In this document: positions 63,842 through 64,000 of the stretch, piece after piece
How positions within the stretch are numbered: the first letter of the stretch is position 1
Layout of the letters: each line of letters begins with the position of its first letter
Assembly (NCBI RefSeq): GCF_006345805.1
Contig: NC_043004.1
Span: 33,542,001-33,606,000, forward strand
DNA from: Octopus sinensis
Taxonomy: Eukaryota
Length of the DNA stretch: 64,000 nucleotides
Reading direction: 5' to 3'
Position numbers and translations under genes: made by a program
Notes under the pieces: model-generated
Seen by the model: only the letters and a program-made list of their open reading frames with translations
The model's database searches: none
What the model was told of the DNA's origin: nothing

Positions 63842-64000
63842 ACTCTGATCTAGATTCTCATTACTGTTTTATTTCTTGCTTTTCTTTGAAAATTTGCATC
63901 TTTAAGAATTTTGTCCTGAGGGCAACTGCCTCTGTGGCCCTCTTACACAACTGATCAAAACAGTATCAGGATCATAATGGTTTCTACTTCTGAATGATTT

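Overview
AT-rich, microsatellite-saturated animal genomic DNA. The SINE/RTE repeat landscape resembles octopus (coleoid cephalopod); this is an inference. No complete protein-coding gene, rRNA, true tRNA or CRISPR array is supported, and almost all ORFs in the track are microsatellite artefacts. Recognisable coding remnants all come from transposons: a Penelope-like GIY-YIG ORF (3931-4752, -), a frameshifted full-length mariner (31717-32971), RTE LINE pieces (34927-35849, 49190-50735) and a CR1-type 3' end. The window also holds tRNA-derived SINEs with TSDs, Helitron/Helentron, hAT and piggyBac-type MITEs, and a 634-bp tandem duplication. The main hidden signal is about 14 minimal type I hammerhead ribozyme (HHR) motifs, 4 of them near-intact. 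They come from several unrelated non-coding families and sit in direct-repeat-bracketed 360-480 bp units or in long foldback elements. This suggests a diverse Penelope-dependent, retrozyme-like system. A second repeat family shows an HDV-like pseudoknot topology with covariation between its two copies. A few weak + strand host exon candidates are noted. All alignments, folds and coordinates were read by eye and may be off by a few bases.
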